A DNA stretch of 64,000 nucleotides from the human T2T-CHM13v2.0 reference genome, Homo sapiens. The translations under genes were made by a program, and so were the position numbers. This document shows positions 1 through 12,329 of this stretch, one piece after another. The stretch is from the NCBI RefSeq assembly GCF_009914755.1, contig NC_060928.1, one strand, 5' to 3'. Each line of letters starts with the position of its first letter. Within the stretch, counting starts at the first letter, position 1. The notes beneath the pieces are model-generated. The model worked only from the letters and a program-made list of their open reading frames with translations, did no database searches and had not been told where the DNA came from.

Positions 1-165
1 GAGGGCTGCAGAAAATAGATTTTCCTCTTTTTAGTAACCTGTTGTTTGCAATTGACACCATTATACACCCCAGAGAGCTAAGTATATAGTTTATAGTAAA
101 TCATTCAAAGAAAGTGTCAATCAATATACAAGGTGCTGCATAATATAGCCACCAGACACTCACTG

Positions 166-371
<206 letters not shown>

Positions 372-606
372 ACCCTAGCACCACGTTACATATGTATAGG
401 CTCAAAAAAAATGTTATTAGACATTGACAATAATGTTGAAAAGAACACTGAGCTGGGATTGCTCCCATATTTGTAATGAACCAACATGTCTCTTTGATTA
501 GTCTCTTGGCTTTTCTGGATCTCAGTTATATTTATAAAATAATATTGCCTCAAACTTTTTAACTATCAAAAAACTTCTTGGACACCCTCCCTCAATCTCA
601 CCACCT

Positions 607-845
607 CATTCATTTGCTTAACAAATATTTACTGAGCACTTACTATGTATGAGTCATGTGTCTAAAGGTTGGGTATATAATTTATGAGAAAAACAGAAGC
701 AGTTCTTGCCCTCATGAAGGTTATAGTCTAGTGGGAGAGACAAACATGAAACAAACAGTCATGCACATAGAAATACAATCATAAATTGCGTTAAGTACTC
801 TGAAGGGAAGCAGGGATCTATGGAAGCCTGATTAGGAGCTGAGGG
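607..845 (-). mobile_element. L2 3' end fragment
   Basis: cattcatttgcttaacaaatatttactgagcacttactatgt...gccctcatgaaggttatagtctagtgggagagac is the reverse complement of the L2 3' terminus. Confidence 0.8.
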
Positions 846-867
846 AGCAGAGAAAAGACTTAGGGCT

Positions 868-1052
868 CTTTTATGTTTGTTTGTTTGATTTTCTTTCTTT
901 CTTTTTCTTTTTTAAATGATAGGGTCTCACTCTGTCACCCAGACTGGAGTGCAGTGGCACGAATGTAACTCATTGCAGCCTTGAAATCCTGGGCTGAAGT
1001 GATTCTTCTGCCTCAGCCTCCCAAGTAGGTGGGACTGCAGGCATACATATGG
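868..1052 (-). mobile_element. Alu monomer / AluJ fragment (FLAM/FRAM-like)
   Basis: T-rich tail, then agggtctcactctgtcacccagactggagtgcagtggc...gcagccttgaaatcctgggct. One arm only. Confidence 0.85.
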
Positions 1053-2545
1053 CTGTATTTTTAATGTTCTTTTAGAAACCACATAAAGTGTTACTGTCAA
1101 TTGAGTAATGCTTTAACATTATTTGTATATTAGTAATCATAACAGCATCTATATATACATGTGGAAAATGATAGTTTGTATATGCATGAGTTCATTATTC
1201 AGTCTAGAATTGTAGATGCTTTGCACATATGGGCACCCAGTATCCTGCAAACTCTATAGCCTCCTGGAGGACTGGTGACCCTTAACCAGAATATTCCTCA
1301 TTTTCCACTGGCTCTCGTGGCAACTTGCAGGGCTTCTCAAGGGAGATCTTAAAGAAAACTGATTCCCTGCTCAGGACTCACATCAACACCAAGTGAAGGC
1401 TGGGACAGCCTTTTCCACCACAGTCGCCAACATACCCAACCACTTATGACCGCAGATAAGTGGTCTGACCAGTTCAGTCTATCTCCCCACCAGTGGGCAA
1501 AGTTTGCTTACCTCCAGGCTGATTTGATCTAAATCAAGCCCAACATTCAAAACTACATCAAGCTCTGTCAATAGTTGGGAAGAGGAGGCAGCAAGGGCCT
1601 CTTTGCCTCTGTACCCTGTACCTCTGAACTTAAACATTGTCAGTCTGTATTTTATCTCTCAGTGCTCACCTAGGTGATTGCATGTTACATCCCAGAGGAA
1701 AATATGTGTTTCTTCCCTAATGGCCTCCTAGCTATGTAAATGGCTGTACGTATTTGATTTATGTTTCCAGATTATAGTATTTGAGGCTTTCTGTCAAGCC
1801 CCTCCTTGGAAGTAGAAGTTTGCAATATTCTAATCCTTCGTGCATAACCAGGGATCCATGAATTCCGATAAGAAGCTGGGTCCACAATGAGAACCATCAC
1901 CTTTAATAGGCAAAACATCTAAGGGCAGATGAGAAACTCAAAGTCGGCTTTCCTCTGCCAGTTCCTTCCAGGAGGAGGAAGGAAAAAGGAGGTTGAGTCT
2001 GTGAGGCCCAGGACTGAAGTTGGGGCAGTTCAGTCCCCTACCTGGAGCAGATGTGTAGAAAAGGAAGGTCCTTGCACTGTTGGCAATACCTCCCTTCCAC
2101 TCTAAATCCCTGGAGGGCAGAGAGATGGTGTCTTTGTCATAGAGCTGCAGTGGTTAGCTCAGTGGGCACACATCACTGTTAAGGAGTGAATAGTTCTGGA
2201 AAGGTACTGGGACTAGATCACTAACCTAGGCAAGTGGACAGAAATCAGCCCCCAAAATACCAGCAGCTGAAGTCTTAAGGTAGCCAAGCAAAGGAGGGTA
2301 AGCCAGACAAGTCAAGGAGAAGGCAGGAGGGAGGCTTTGAGACAGCACTGGTCCATTTCATTTGCCCATCGGAGGGTGAACGAGATGCTTCAGAAAACAT
2401 GGTGGAAGCACGTGTGCACCTGGATACACTGGAGCTGAGTGCTTCTATTGCAAAAAGACTGTTCACTTTGCAGAAGGTTTGACTTCTTTCCTTTTCACAG
2501 GAGATGCCTCATACTAATTATAAATGCTGTTGCATTTACAATGAA

Positions 2546-2839
2546 TTTTTTTTTCTCTTTTTGAGACGGAGTCTCGCGTTGTCGCCCAGGCTGGCGTGCA
2601 GTGGTGCGATCTCAGCTCACTGCAAGCTCCACCTCCGGGGTTCAGGCTATTCTCCTGCCTCAGACTCCTGAGTAGCTGGGACTACAGGCGCCTGCCACAA
2701 CGCCCAGCTCATTTTTTTATTTTTAGTAGAGATGGGGCTTCACCATGTTAGCCAGGATGGTCTCGATCTTCTAACCTCGTGACCCACCTGCCTCGGCCTC
2801 CCTGTGTTGGGATTACAGGCGTGAGCCACCGCACCCGGC
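2546..2839 (-). mobile_element. AluY, full length
   Basis: AluY-type gcaagctcc and ttagccaggatggtctcgatct, CpGs retained, TSD tacaatg(a/c)attttt on both sides. Confidence 0.93.
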
Positions 2840-2923
2840 TACAATGCATTTTTTACAGACCACCCCCTAGGACATTTCAAACATGTAAAGGGCACATTTG
2901 CCAGTCACGTGGGCTATTTATGT

Positions 2924-3176
2924 TTGCTCAGAAAAATGCCACATTTTAGTTTAGTTTCTATTTAGGGTATGACTTATTTGTATATATTTTTTTTGTTTTT
3001 CCTGGAGTTTCTGATTACTTCATTGTTGTTTTTGTTGATGGAAGAGACAAATACCTTCATTATTACATTCAGCTTTTACTCATTTTTCATACTCCTGGGA
3101 ATTCATTCCATTCTTCTTGGATTCCATTGATATTCTGTTTTAATTCAGACTAACTGCTTGCTAGGTCAACTGACAA
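2924..3176 (+). repeat. Local non-tandem duplication, copy of 4249-4495
   Basis: Both copies start ttgctcagaaaaatgccacattttagtttagtttctattt and end tgcttgctaggtcaactgacaa. About 85-88% identity by eye. Confidence 0.95.
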
Positions 3177-3356
3177 GAGTTGGACCCCATCAAAATCTCA
3201 AACCGGAGTGAAGAGACTAAGTACTTGTAGGTAACTGGTGAGTACAGGCAGATGGAATAATTGAAATAGTGCTCAACCTTTGCACTGTGCTCCACAGCTC
3301 ACAACACACTTTCTCACTTGGGTCTCCTTGACCCTTTCCAAGGCTCTGTGAATCAG

Positions 3357-3486
3357 GCACTGCACTCAGTCTTGGAAGAACTGGGTTCAAATTCCAAGTC
3401 TGCCCCTTACCAGCCTCAGGCCAGTGTGAGCTGGGATGATTCACCTCACCTATCTGAGCCCCTACTTTCTCTCACTTTATTATGAA
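3357..3486 (+). mobile_element. MIR fragment
   Basis: ctgggttcaaattccaagtctgccccttaccagc...tcacctatctgagcc resembles the MIR core. Confidence 0.7.
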
Positions 3487-3554
3487 CATGTCATTTATTT
3501 TGTGACCAACTTTTCTATTTACATGGCTGTGAAATGGGTTTCTAAGACTTAAAT

Positions 3555-5236
3555 TTAAGTTTTATCAGAATGCTTCATGCACCTGATTAAAATGTCAAAT
3601 CATCCAGAAGTTTCGTAATGTAAAGAAACAGTCTCCTTGCTCCTCGTCTCCCCATCCTTATTTTGCTTCCCACAGAAGGCAGCCTTTAAACCGTTTCTGT
3701 TTTTAGCGCTTGTGGTTTCTTACTCCATCTCCAAATGGTATGTTTATATTGGCTATGTCTTGATCAACAACCTCTGTAGACATTATCTACCCACTTCCTT
3801 CTAGGGTAGATAAAGTTTTAATTCATGTCCCCCACTCCCTTGCAAGTTTTGAAAATTCTAACTATTTTAGTTTCTGAGTTACAGTTGTAACTGTAGACAA
3901 ACCTCTAATTGTTGTTTCATCAACAGTCACTGATACCTTTGGTTCCTCATTTTCTAAGATGAAGATAGAAGCATAATGTGTTTTTCCTCTACCTCTCTAC
4001 TCTCCTACCTCCCAAATTCTAGATACTCTGTAACCACAATTAAGTTTCCCCTGCTTTGTTTATAGGTTGATTCTAAAAATTGAAAACCAGAAAACAGTGG
4101 TTACGTTATGACTTTGTAAATATTGTTAATTACAGAGCTAAGCAATGTGCCGTGATTACATTTCTTCTCCATAGTTCCAATGTTATGACCCCAGTGCAAA
4201 ATGTTTCTAGCATCAGGAACAAATAGTCTTCTTTCCCCTACTCATCCATTGCTCAGAAAAATGCCACATTTTAGTTTAGTTTCTATTTGGACTGACTTAT
4301 TTGTACACTTTTTTGTTTTTCCTGAAATTTCTGATTGTTTTTTTGTTGTTTTTATTGATAGAAGAGACATCTATTTCATTATCACATTCAGCTTTGACTC
4401 ATTCTTTGTAGCCCTGGGAATTCATTTCATTCTTCTTGGATTCCACTGACATTCTGTTTTAATTCAGACTAATTGCTTGCTAGGTCAACTGACAACAGGC
4501 AACCAGGAATTTCCGGGATGAATTATATTATTTCTTTTATTTTTATTTTTAAATCTTCCATTGTCTGGGATTTTGCCTTAGTTTTTCTGGGGTTGATCCA
4601 TTCGAGTAACTTCCTTAGAAAGGGTATATAGGGGCAAACTTCATTCTTGACTATCTGAAACTGTCTTTATTGTGCACTCACACTTAAATTGTTGTTTAGT
4701 TTGATATAGAATTCTAGTTTAAAATAATTTGCTTTAAAAACTTTTTTTTAAAGACTTCATTGTACTGCATTTTGGCACCTGTGCATTGTGAATTAGAAAT
4801 CTGATACCACTTCGATTCTCTTTCCTTTGCAGGGGACTTACTTTTTTCTCTTTAGAACCTCTTAGAATCTTCTGATTCCTGGTGTTCTGAAATTCCACAG
4901 TGAGGGTGTCTTAGCAGAAGAACTGTTTCTTTTTTTTTCTTGCTGGGAATTTGGCAGCCCTTGTATTTTGAAAGTTCTGAGACTTTTCTTCTATTATTTC
5001 CTTGATTACATTCCCTTTGGTTTTCATTGTTCTCTGTTTTGTACTCCCAAAAGTCAGATGCCAGTTCCTCAAAGTCAGTGCCAAGATTGGTCTTTTGTGC
5101 CTGTTTTCTTAATAATTTTGACATTTTTTCTCTTTTTCCTCTATGTTCTGGAAGATTTTCCTCAGCTTTTTATTCCATTATTTATATAAACTTTGCAATC
5201 ATATTTTTTTAATTTCTGAGAATCCTGCTTTCTGAT
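3555..5236 (-). mobile_element. HAL1 (ancient L1-ORF1-like element), 3' part
   Basis: T-rich + strand. gtgttctgaaattccacagtgagggtgtctt...ttctgagacttttcttctattatttccttg resembles HAL1 ORF1 antisense. ORF 4852-5124(-) is a scrambled ORF1-like remnant. Confidence 0.7.
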
Positions 5237-5793
5237 TATTTTATTTTATTTTATTTTTTCTGTCCCTCTCTGAGCCAATATGCGTGCCACTGGCTTGATT
5301 ATCTCTCACTTCCATGGAAATGTGGCAGGGAACTAAATAATACCAGAAGGTAGAATATCTGAAAATTTAGAAATGGCAATCACTACTTCATTATTAGTGA
5401 TTTCCAATTCCTGTGACTATTTCGGAAGAAATAATTGACAATGGAGTTATTCTGGGTAGGGGAAAAGAAAGTCTATCTAAAACCCCTAAGAAGAAAGAAA
5501 AGTCCATTTTTCTCTTCTCAAATTCTTTTTGTCAGGACTGATCTTCAGCTGGGAAACAAGACAGAGAGAGGCTTACTGGGATTTAAGGCCAGTGCCCATT
5601 CTGTGCAGTTCTGTCTGCTCTGGTTGGTTGGTGATGCTGTACCAGATGAGTGTTAAAATATCATAAATGGTCCTTCTCTTAGGCATAAATGCTAAGGCAA
5701 ATAACTATAAACCTGTTAATTGCAATAAGAAAAATTACTAATTATTTTGATTTTTTTCTGGTGGATAGCACACTTTTTTATTTTTACCTCTAA

Positions 5794-5907
<114 letters not shown>

Positions 5908-6064
5908 TAGAAAAGACAAAATCAGATAATCACACATCAAGTCTCCAAGAAACAAAACAGATGAAAATGTAATGTGTGAGGCTTTTTAAAATCCTAATGA
6001 AATTTGGGGAAAACAGGGCACACATTATAGAAATATCTTTTGGTCTGATGTGTCTTGCTGTTAG

Positions 6065-6200
6065 TCATAATAAACTTAATAGATAACATTTATTTCTGTG
6101 TGCCAGGGACGATTTTATGTGTTTTACTTACATAAACTAGTTTATTTCTCACAACAAACCTAAATGATTATTATCACCAATTTCAGATATGAAAACTCTA
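6065..6200 (-). mobile_element. MIR fragment
   Basis: tgtgtgccagggacgattttatgtgttttact...ctcacaacaaacct...tttcagatatgaaaact. Confidence 0.7.
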
Positions 6201-7093
6201 GCTGGTCATTTTTCCTCTGTTGAAAATTTTCACTTGCCTTGCGATTGGAAATAAGACAATATTATATACATGTTTTTTATGTAGTTGTCTTTTTCACCTT
6301 ACTAATTAATTAATTTTTTAATCGACAAGTAAAAATATGTGTATTTATTGTGTATAACATGTTTTGAAATAGGTATACATTGTGGAATGGCTAAATCCAG
6401 TTAATTAATGTATGCATTACCTCACATACTTATTTCTTGTGGTGAGAACATTTAAAATGTATTCTCTTAGGGATTTTCAAGAATACAACACACTGTTACT
6501 AACTATAGTCACCATGTTGTACAATGAATCTCTTTTACTTATTCCTCCTATCTAATTGATATTTTGTATCCTTTCAATAATATCTCCCCACCACCCCCTA
6601 TCCCCACCTCCCCAGCCCCTGGTAACCAACATTCCACTCTTTACTTCTACCAGTTCAACGTTTTTAGGTTCCACATGTGAGATCATGCAGTATTTGTTTT
6701 CCTGTATCTGACTTATTTCACTTAACATAATGTCCTCCAGGTTTACCCATGTTGTTGCAAATGACAGGATTTCCTCCTTCTTTAAGGCTGTATAGTATTT
6801 CAGGTTGATTCCGGATTTTGGCTTGGCCAGGCTGGTCTTGAACTCCTTTGGCTATTGTGAATAATGCTGCAATGTATATGGGAGTGTAGATATCTCTTTG
6901 ACGTACTCATTTAATTTCCTTTGGATGTATACCCAGTAGTGAGATTGTTGGATCATATGGTAGTTCTATTTTTAATGTTTTGAAGAACCTCCATACTGTT
7001 TTCTGTAGTGGTTGTACTAATTTACATTCCCACCAACAGTGTGCAAGGGATCCTTTTTTCTCCACACCCTTGCCAACACTTACCTTTTGTGGG

Positions 7094-7409
7094 TTTTTGT
7101 TTGTTTGTTTTGTTTGTTTGTTTGTTTTGAGATGGAGTCTCACCCTGTCACCCAGGCTGGAGTGCGTGGCACAACCTCGGCTCACTGCAAACTCCATCTC
7201 CCAGATTCAGGTGATTCTCCTGCCTCAGCCTCCTGAGCAGCTGGGATTACAGGCACCCACCACCACATCCGACTAGTTTTTGTATTTTTCGTAGAGACAG
7301 GGTTTTACCATGTTGGCCAGGCTGGTCTTGAACTCCTGGCCTCAGGTGATCCATCTGTCTCGTCCTCCCAAAGTGCTGGGATTACAGGCATGAGCCACTG
7401 TGCCTGGCC
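7094..7409 (-). mobile_element. AluS (Sx-like) inserted in L1MA
   Basis: Full dimer with (TTTG)n tail. TSD cttttgtg on both sides. Confidence 0.95.
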
Positions 7410-9322
7410 ATCTTTTGTGTTTTTGATAATGGCCGTTTTAACAGGTGTGAAGTGGTATCTCATTGTGGTTTTAATTTGCATTTACCTGATGATTAGTAAT
7501 GTTGAGCATTTTTTCATATACCTGTTGGCCATTTGTATCTATTCTTCTGAGAAATGTCTGTGCAAGTCCATTTTTAAAAAATCAAGTTATTTGCTTTCTT
7601 GTTATTGAATTATTTTAGTTCTTTGTATATTTTGGATATTAACTCATTATCAGGTGTATGATTTGTAAATATTTTCTCCCAATCCATAGATTGTCTCTTC
7701 ACTCTGTTGATTGTTTACTTGGCTGTACAGAAGCTTTTTAGTTTGATGTAATCTTATTTGTCTATTTTCAGTTTTGTTGCCTTTGCTTTTGGGATAATAT
7801 TTATGTCATGAAGCTTTTATCCTATATTTTTTTCCTAAGATTTTATAGTTTCAGGTCATACATTTAAGCCTTTAATACATTTTGAGTTGGTTTTTGTATA
7901 TGGTGTGAATAAAAGTCTAATCTTATTCCTCTGCATGAGAATATCCAATTGTCCGAACACTATTTTTCGAAGAGACTATCCTTACCCTATTGTGTATTCT
8001 TGGTACTTTTGTTGAAAATCAATTGACTGCAAATGTGTAGATTTATTTCTAGGCTCTCTATTCCGTTCGATTGCTCTATGTGTCTGTTTTTTGCTAGTAC
8101 CAAACAGTTTTGGTTACTATAGCTTTGTAATATATTTTGAAGTCAGGTAGTGTGTTATTTCCAGCTTTGTTCTTTTTGCTCAAGATTGCTTTGGCTATTT
8201 GGGGGTCATAGGACTTTAGAATTTTTACTCATTTCTGTAAAAAAAGTCATTGGAATTTTGATAGGGATTACATTGAATTTGTAGATCACTTTGGGTAGTA
8301 TGGACATTTTAACAATATTAATTATTCCAATTGATGAACATAGGATATCTTGCCATTTATTTGTGTCTTCTTTAATTTCTTTCATCAATTTTCTAGTCTT
8401 TAGTGTACAGGTCTTTTACTTCCTTGGTCAAGTTTATTTCTACATTTGTTTTGTAGCCATTGTAAATGGGATTATTTTCTTGATTTCTCTTTTGGATAAT
8501 TTGTTGTTAGTGTATAAAATACTACTGATTTTATGTTGATCTTGTATCCTGCAACTTTGAATTCATTTCTAACAGGGTTTTTGCAGAGTCTTTAGGGTTT
8601 TGTATATATAAGATCATGCCTTCTGAAAACAGGGACAATTTAATTTTTTCCTTTCCAATTTGTATGCCTTTCTTTTTCTTGCCTAAATTGCTCTGGCTGG
8701 GACTTTTAACATTATGTTGAATAGAAGTGACAAGAGTGGGCCTCCATGTCTGGTTCCTAATCTTAGAATAAAAGATTTCAACTTTTCATTATTAAGTATC
8801 ATTTTAGCTATGGGTTTGTCATATATGGCTTTTTATTGTGTTGAGGTACATTCCTTATATACCTAATTTATTGAGTTTTTTTTTTATTATGAATGGGTGT
8901 TTAATTTTGTCAAATGTTTTTTCTGCATCTATTGAGATGATCATACAGTTTTTATCCTTCATTTTGCTAATGTGGTATATCACATTTATAGATTTGTGTA
9001 TATTGAACCATCCTTGCATCCTTGAAATAAATCCCACTGGATTATGGTGAATGATCTTTTTGATGTGCTGTTGAATTTTGTTTGCTAGTATTTTGTTGAG
9101 GATTTTTGCACCTGTGCTCATCAGGAATATTGGTCTGTAATTTTCTTTTCTTGTAATGTCCTAGTCTGGCTTTTGTATTGGGATAAGGATGGCCTCATAA
9201 AATGAGGTTGGAAGTATTATCTCTTCTTTGAGTTTTCTGGAAGAGTTTGAGAAGGATTGTTATTAGTTCTCTAAATGCTTGGAAAGCCAATCAGTAAAGC
9301 CAATCAGGTCTTGGGCTTTTCT

Positions 9323-9465
9323 CTTATTTTCTTTTCCTTTTTTAAAATTTGAGGTTGGGTCTTGCTATGATGTCTGGGTTGCTTTTGAATTTCTGGACTC
9401 AAGTGATTATCCTCCCTCAGCCTCCTGAGTAGCTTGGATTACAGGTGTGTGCCCCATGCCCAACC
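9323..9465 (-). mobile_element. FLAM-like Alu monomer inserted in L1MA
   Basis: Single arm flanked by TSD tgggcttttct (9312-9322 and 9466-9476). Confidence 0.85.
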
Positions 9466-9690
9466 TGGGCTTTTCTTTGATGGGAGAATTTTATTACTGA
9501 TTTAATCTCCTTACTTTTTATTGGTCTTTTCAAATTTTCTATTTCTTTTTGACTCAGTCTTGGTAGGTTATATATTTGTAGGAATTTATCCATTTCTCCT
9601 AGGTAATTCAATATGTTGGTGTATAGTTGTTCATAGTAATCTTTTATGTTCCTTTTGCATTTCTGTGATATCAGCTGCAATGTCACCTCT

Positions 9691-10612
9691 TCTGTTTCTT
9701 TTTGTTAGCATCATGTGTTCATTTATGAATACAATACCTTTAAATCTTTCTGATGTAGGGTGATCATATATCTTGATTTGTAGGGGACAGTCATGGTTTA
9801 TATTGCTGTCCTGGCATAATTATTAATAGATCCCCATATCATTCTCAAAATTGTTCCAGGTTAGATAATAAACTAATTACATGGTCACTTTACTCTGAAG
9901 ATATTGTTGAATTTTATTTTTAACTTCTCTTCTATTCTTGAATTATTTCTATTTCTTCAGGGTGATGTTTTCAAGGCTTTTAAACTTTGATTGTCTATTG
10001 ATATTTAAGAATAAGGAGTTAAGAATTAGGAGTTCTGGATACATGGATAGAACTTGTAGACTGGTAGACTCTGCTCTAGTATGGGTAGGCAGGAAACTGA
10101 CTCTTGCTCTGGAGATGTCTAAAAGAAAGGATAAGAAGGACTGTTTTTGTGATATCAATAGTCATACCAGCTGTCCCAGTTTTTTCCAGACCATTTGTAT
10201 AATTTCTTTAGAGAAAAACGAAGCTTTTTAGAAATGGTGGTAACTTCCTGGCTGTCATGCATTCTGTATGGGGGGAGGGTGGGCAATTGTTTTGTATACA
10301 AACCTTTAATCAATCTCTCTTTTCAGTTCCAGTCCTCAGTCCTCCCCTCTGCCTTGCCTGAAAACTCAGGACCAGAACCTTTCCCAAATTCTGCAAGGCA
10401 GATTGACTTCATCCTTTATTGCAACCCCATCAAAATTTCTCACTTGCACTTTTTGGTTGTCAGAAATTTGCTAAAACCACTCATCCACTGATGGATCCCT
10501 TTCTTTATGCTCTTTACTGTTAGGGGTTCATGCCTTTTCCACCTTTGCTATTCTTTTTGTGAGGTGTCAGGGGGAAGGAGATGTGCTCAATTAAATGTCT
10601 TTAACAAGAAAA
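9691..10612 (-). mobile_element. HAL1, 5' part (continuation of 3555-5236)
   Basis: tttttgttagcatc...atgaatacaatacc...tgatatttaagaataagg...cagaaatttgctaaaacc...tgtgctcaatt follows the HAL1 antisense consensus as I recall it. Confidence 0.6.
9756..9892. mobile_element. MER94 (hAT-Blackjack MITE)
   Basis: TIRs tagggtgatcata...atggtcacttta, central taattattaatag, degenerate 8-bp TSD ttctgatg/ctctgaag. Confidence 0.8.
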
Positions 10613-10661
10613 TACTTGTCCCTTCCTCCCCTTTTATTATGAGTATAATGATGCCTTTTCT

Positions 10662-11123
10662 ATGTATTTTTCTGGAAGAAAGTTCTGGTTGAACCCCAGT
10701 ATCCCCTCTCCATTTGTAATAAATGCTCCCTTGTCAACCATCTTTAGCTGGCACCTGGCAACCTGGAATAATCTAACCTTCCTTGCAAATAGATGTGGCC
10801 ATGTGACTGAGCTCTGGCCAACTTGGTATAAATGGAAAGGTCTTATAGCAGCTGGAACTGTCTTTAAGAGACACTAAGCATATGCATTTGCTGTCTTATT
10901 CATTACTGCTCTCCCATCCTGCTCTCTGGACCGTAGATGTCACTATTTTGGGCCATGAGGTTGAGGTTACGTAAAGAGCCTACATATTTGGCACCATGGA
11001 GCCCAATACCAGCCCTAGACCTCTCATCTAAACTTGCATAGGACAGAAACATTTTGTTTTGCTTAAGGCAATGTTATTTTCAGTTTTCCTTCACCACAGT
11101 GAAACAAACGCTTAACTAATACA
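10662..11123 (+). mobile_element. MLT1 (J/K-like) MaLR solo LTR
   Basis: ccttccttgcaaatagatgtggccatgtgactgagctctggccaa motif. Ends taactaataca. Confidence 0.75.
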
Positions 11124-11421
11124 ACCTTAGAAGTTATCTATGAGTTACTAAAAAGATGATAATTGTGAAAGTACCTTGTAAACCGTAAAGGGCAAATGTC
11201 AAATATTGTTATCATTCCTTGCACCAGATCAGATTTTGAGCGCATCTTCTGCACTAGTTACTTTTCAAGAGAATCCCCCTTAAATTATTTATTTTTGTCA
11301 TCAATAGCTGGCATAGAATTCAATATATTTATTAAATTTTAGTATATTAAATGTATATTTTTATGTATTGAATAGATTTTAAATATATTGAAATTGTGGG
11401 ATTCCCTTGAATATATTTTTT

Positions 11422-11696
11422 GAATATATTTTAAATATATTCGATATATTTATTAAATGAATATATTTTAAATATATTCGATATATTTATTAAATGAATA
11501 TATTTTAAATATATTCGATATATTTATTAAATGAATATATTTTAAATATATTCAATACATTTATTAAATGAATATATTTTAAATATATTCAATACATTTA
11601 TTAAATGAATATATTTTAAATATATTCAATACATTTATTAAATGAATATATTTTAAATATATTCAATATATTTATTAAATGAACATATTTATTAAG
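11422..11696. repeat. 37-bp AT-rich minisatellite, 7 full units plus a partial unit
   Basis: Unit gaatatattttaaatatattc(g/a)ata(t/c)atttattaaat starts at 11422, 11459, 11496, 11533, 11570, 11607 and 11644. Confidence 0.97.
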
Positions 11697-11738
11697 TCAA
11701 TGTTAACATATTGAATAAATCATTTTAGTAAGTTATCA

Positions 11739-12268
11739 CAGTTGACCCTTGAACAACGCAGGGGTTGGGAACACCAACACCCCATGTAGTCAAAAATCTG
11801 CATATAACTTTCGGCTTCCCCGAAACTTAAGTACTAATAGCCTACTTTTGACCAGAAGCCTTCCCAGTAACATAAATATTTGATTGATTTGTATGTTTTA
11901 TGTATTATATATAACACATACAACATAATTTTTATATGTATTATATACTGTGTGCTTACAATAAAGTAAGCTAGAGAAAAGAAAATGCTATAGGAAAATC
12001 ATAAGGAAAATATATTTACTTTTCATCAAGTGTAAGTGGATCATCATAAAGGTTTTCATCCTTATTGTCTTCACACTGAGCAGGCTGAGGAGGAGGAGGA
12101 AGAAGAGAAGGTAGTCTAGCTGTCCCAAGAATGGTAGAGACAGAAGAGGTAGAGGAGGTGGAAGGGGAGGCAGGAGGGGCAGGTATACTCGGTATAACTG
12201 CTATGGAAAAAAAATCCTTGTAAAAGTGCATCCACGTGTTCAAACTTGTGTTGTTTAAGGGTGAACTG
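11739..12268. mobile_element. Tigger2a/MER28-like non-autonomous DNA transposon
   Basis: TIRs cagttgacccttgaacaac...gttgtttaagggtgaactg followed by TA. Confidence 0.88.
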
Positions 12269-12329
12269 TAGTTCTTTAAAATAATGTCAAAACCATAAAA
12301 AAGGCAAAAGAAAAGCGTTAAGATATTTT

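Larger units (their letters stand above)
6313..9690 (-). mobile_element. L1MA-family LINE-1, 5'-truncated, decayed ORF2
   Basis: L1MA-type 3'UTR (tacattgtggaatggctaaat...gcattacctcacatactta). ORF2 remnants: 8855-9121 ([21 protein letters not shown]...[10 protein letters not shown]...[15 protein letters not shown]), 8206-8388, 9417-9686, and [12 protein letters not shown] in 6907-7197. Confidence 0.95.

Noticed and set aside
2484-2500. Good-looking splice acceptor (ttctttccttttcacag)
   Set aside because: Isolated signal with no supportable exon partner. Such motifs are frequent by chance.
6907-9686. ORFs with reverse-transcriptase and zinc-knuckle-like L1 ORF2 peptides
   Set aside because: They are fragmented, frameshifted remnants of a dead L1MA, not a functional CDS or a novel RT system.
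11422-11696. 37-bp palindromic repeats superficially like a CRISPR array
   Set aside because: The units are head-to-tail with no unique spacers, there are no cas genes, and the context is primate DNA.
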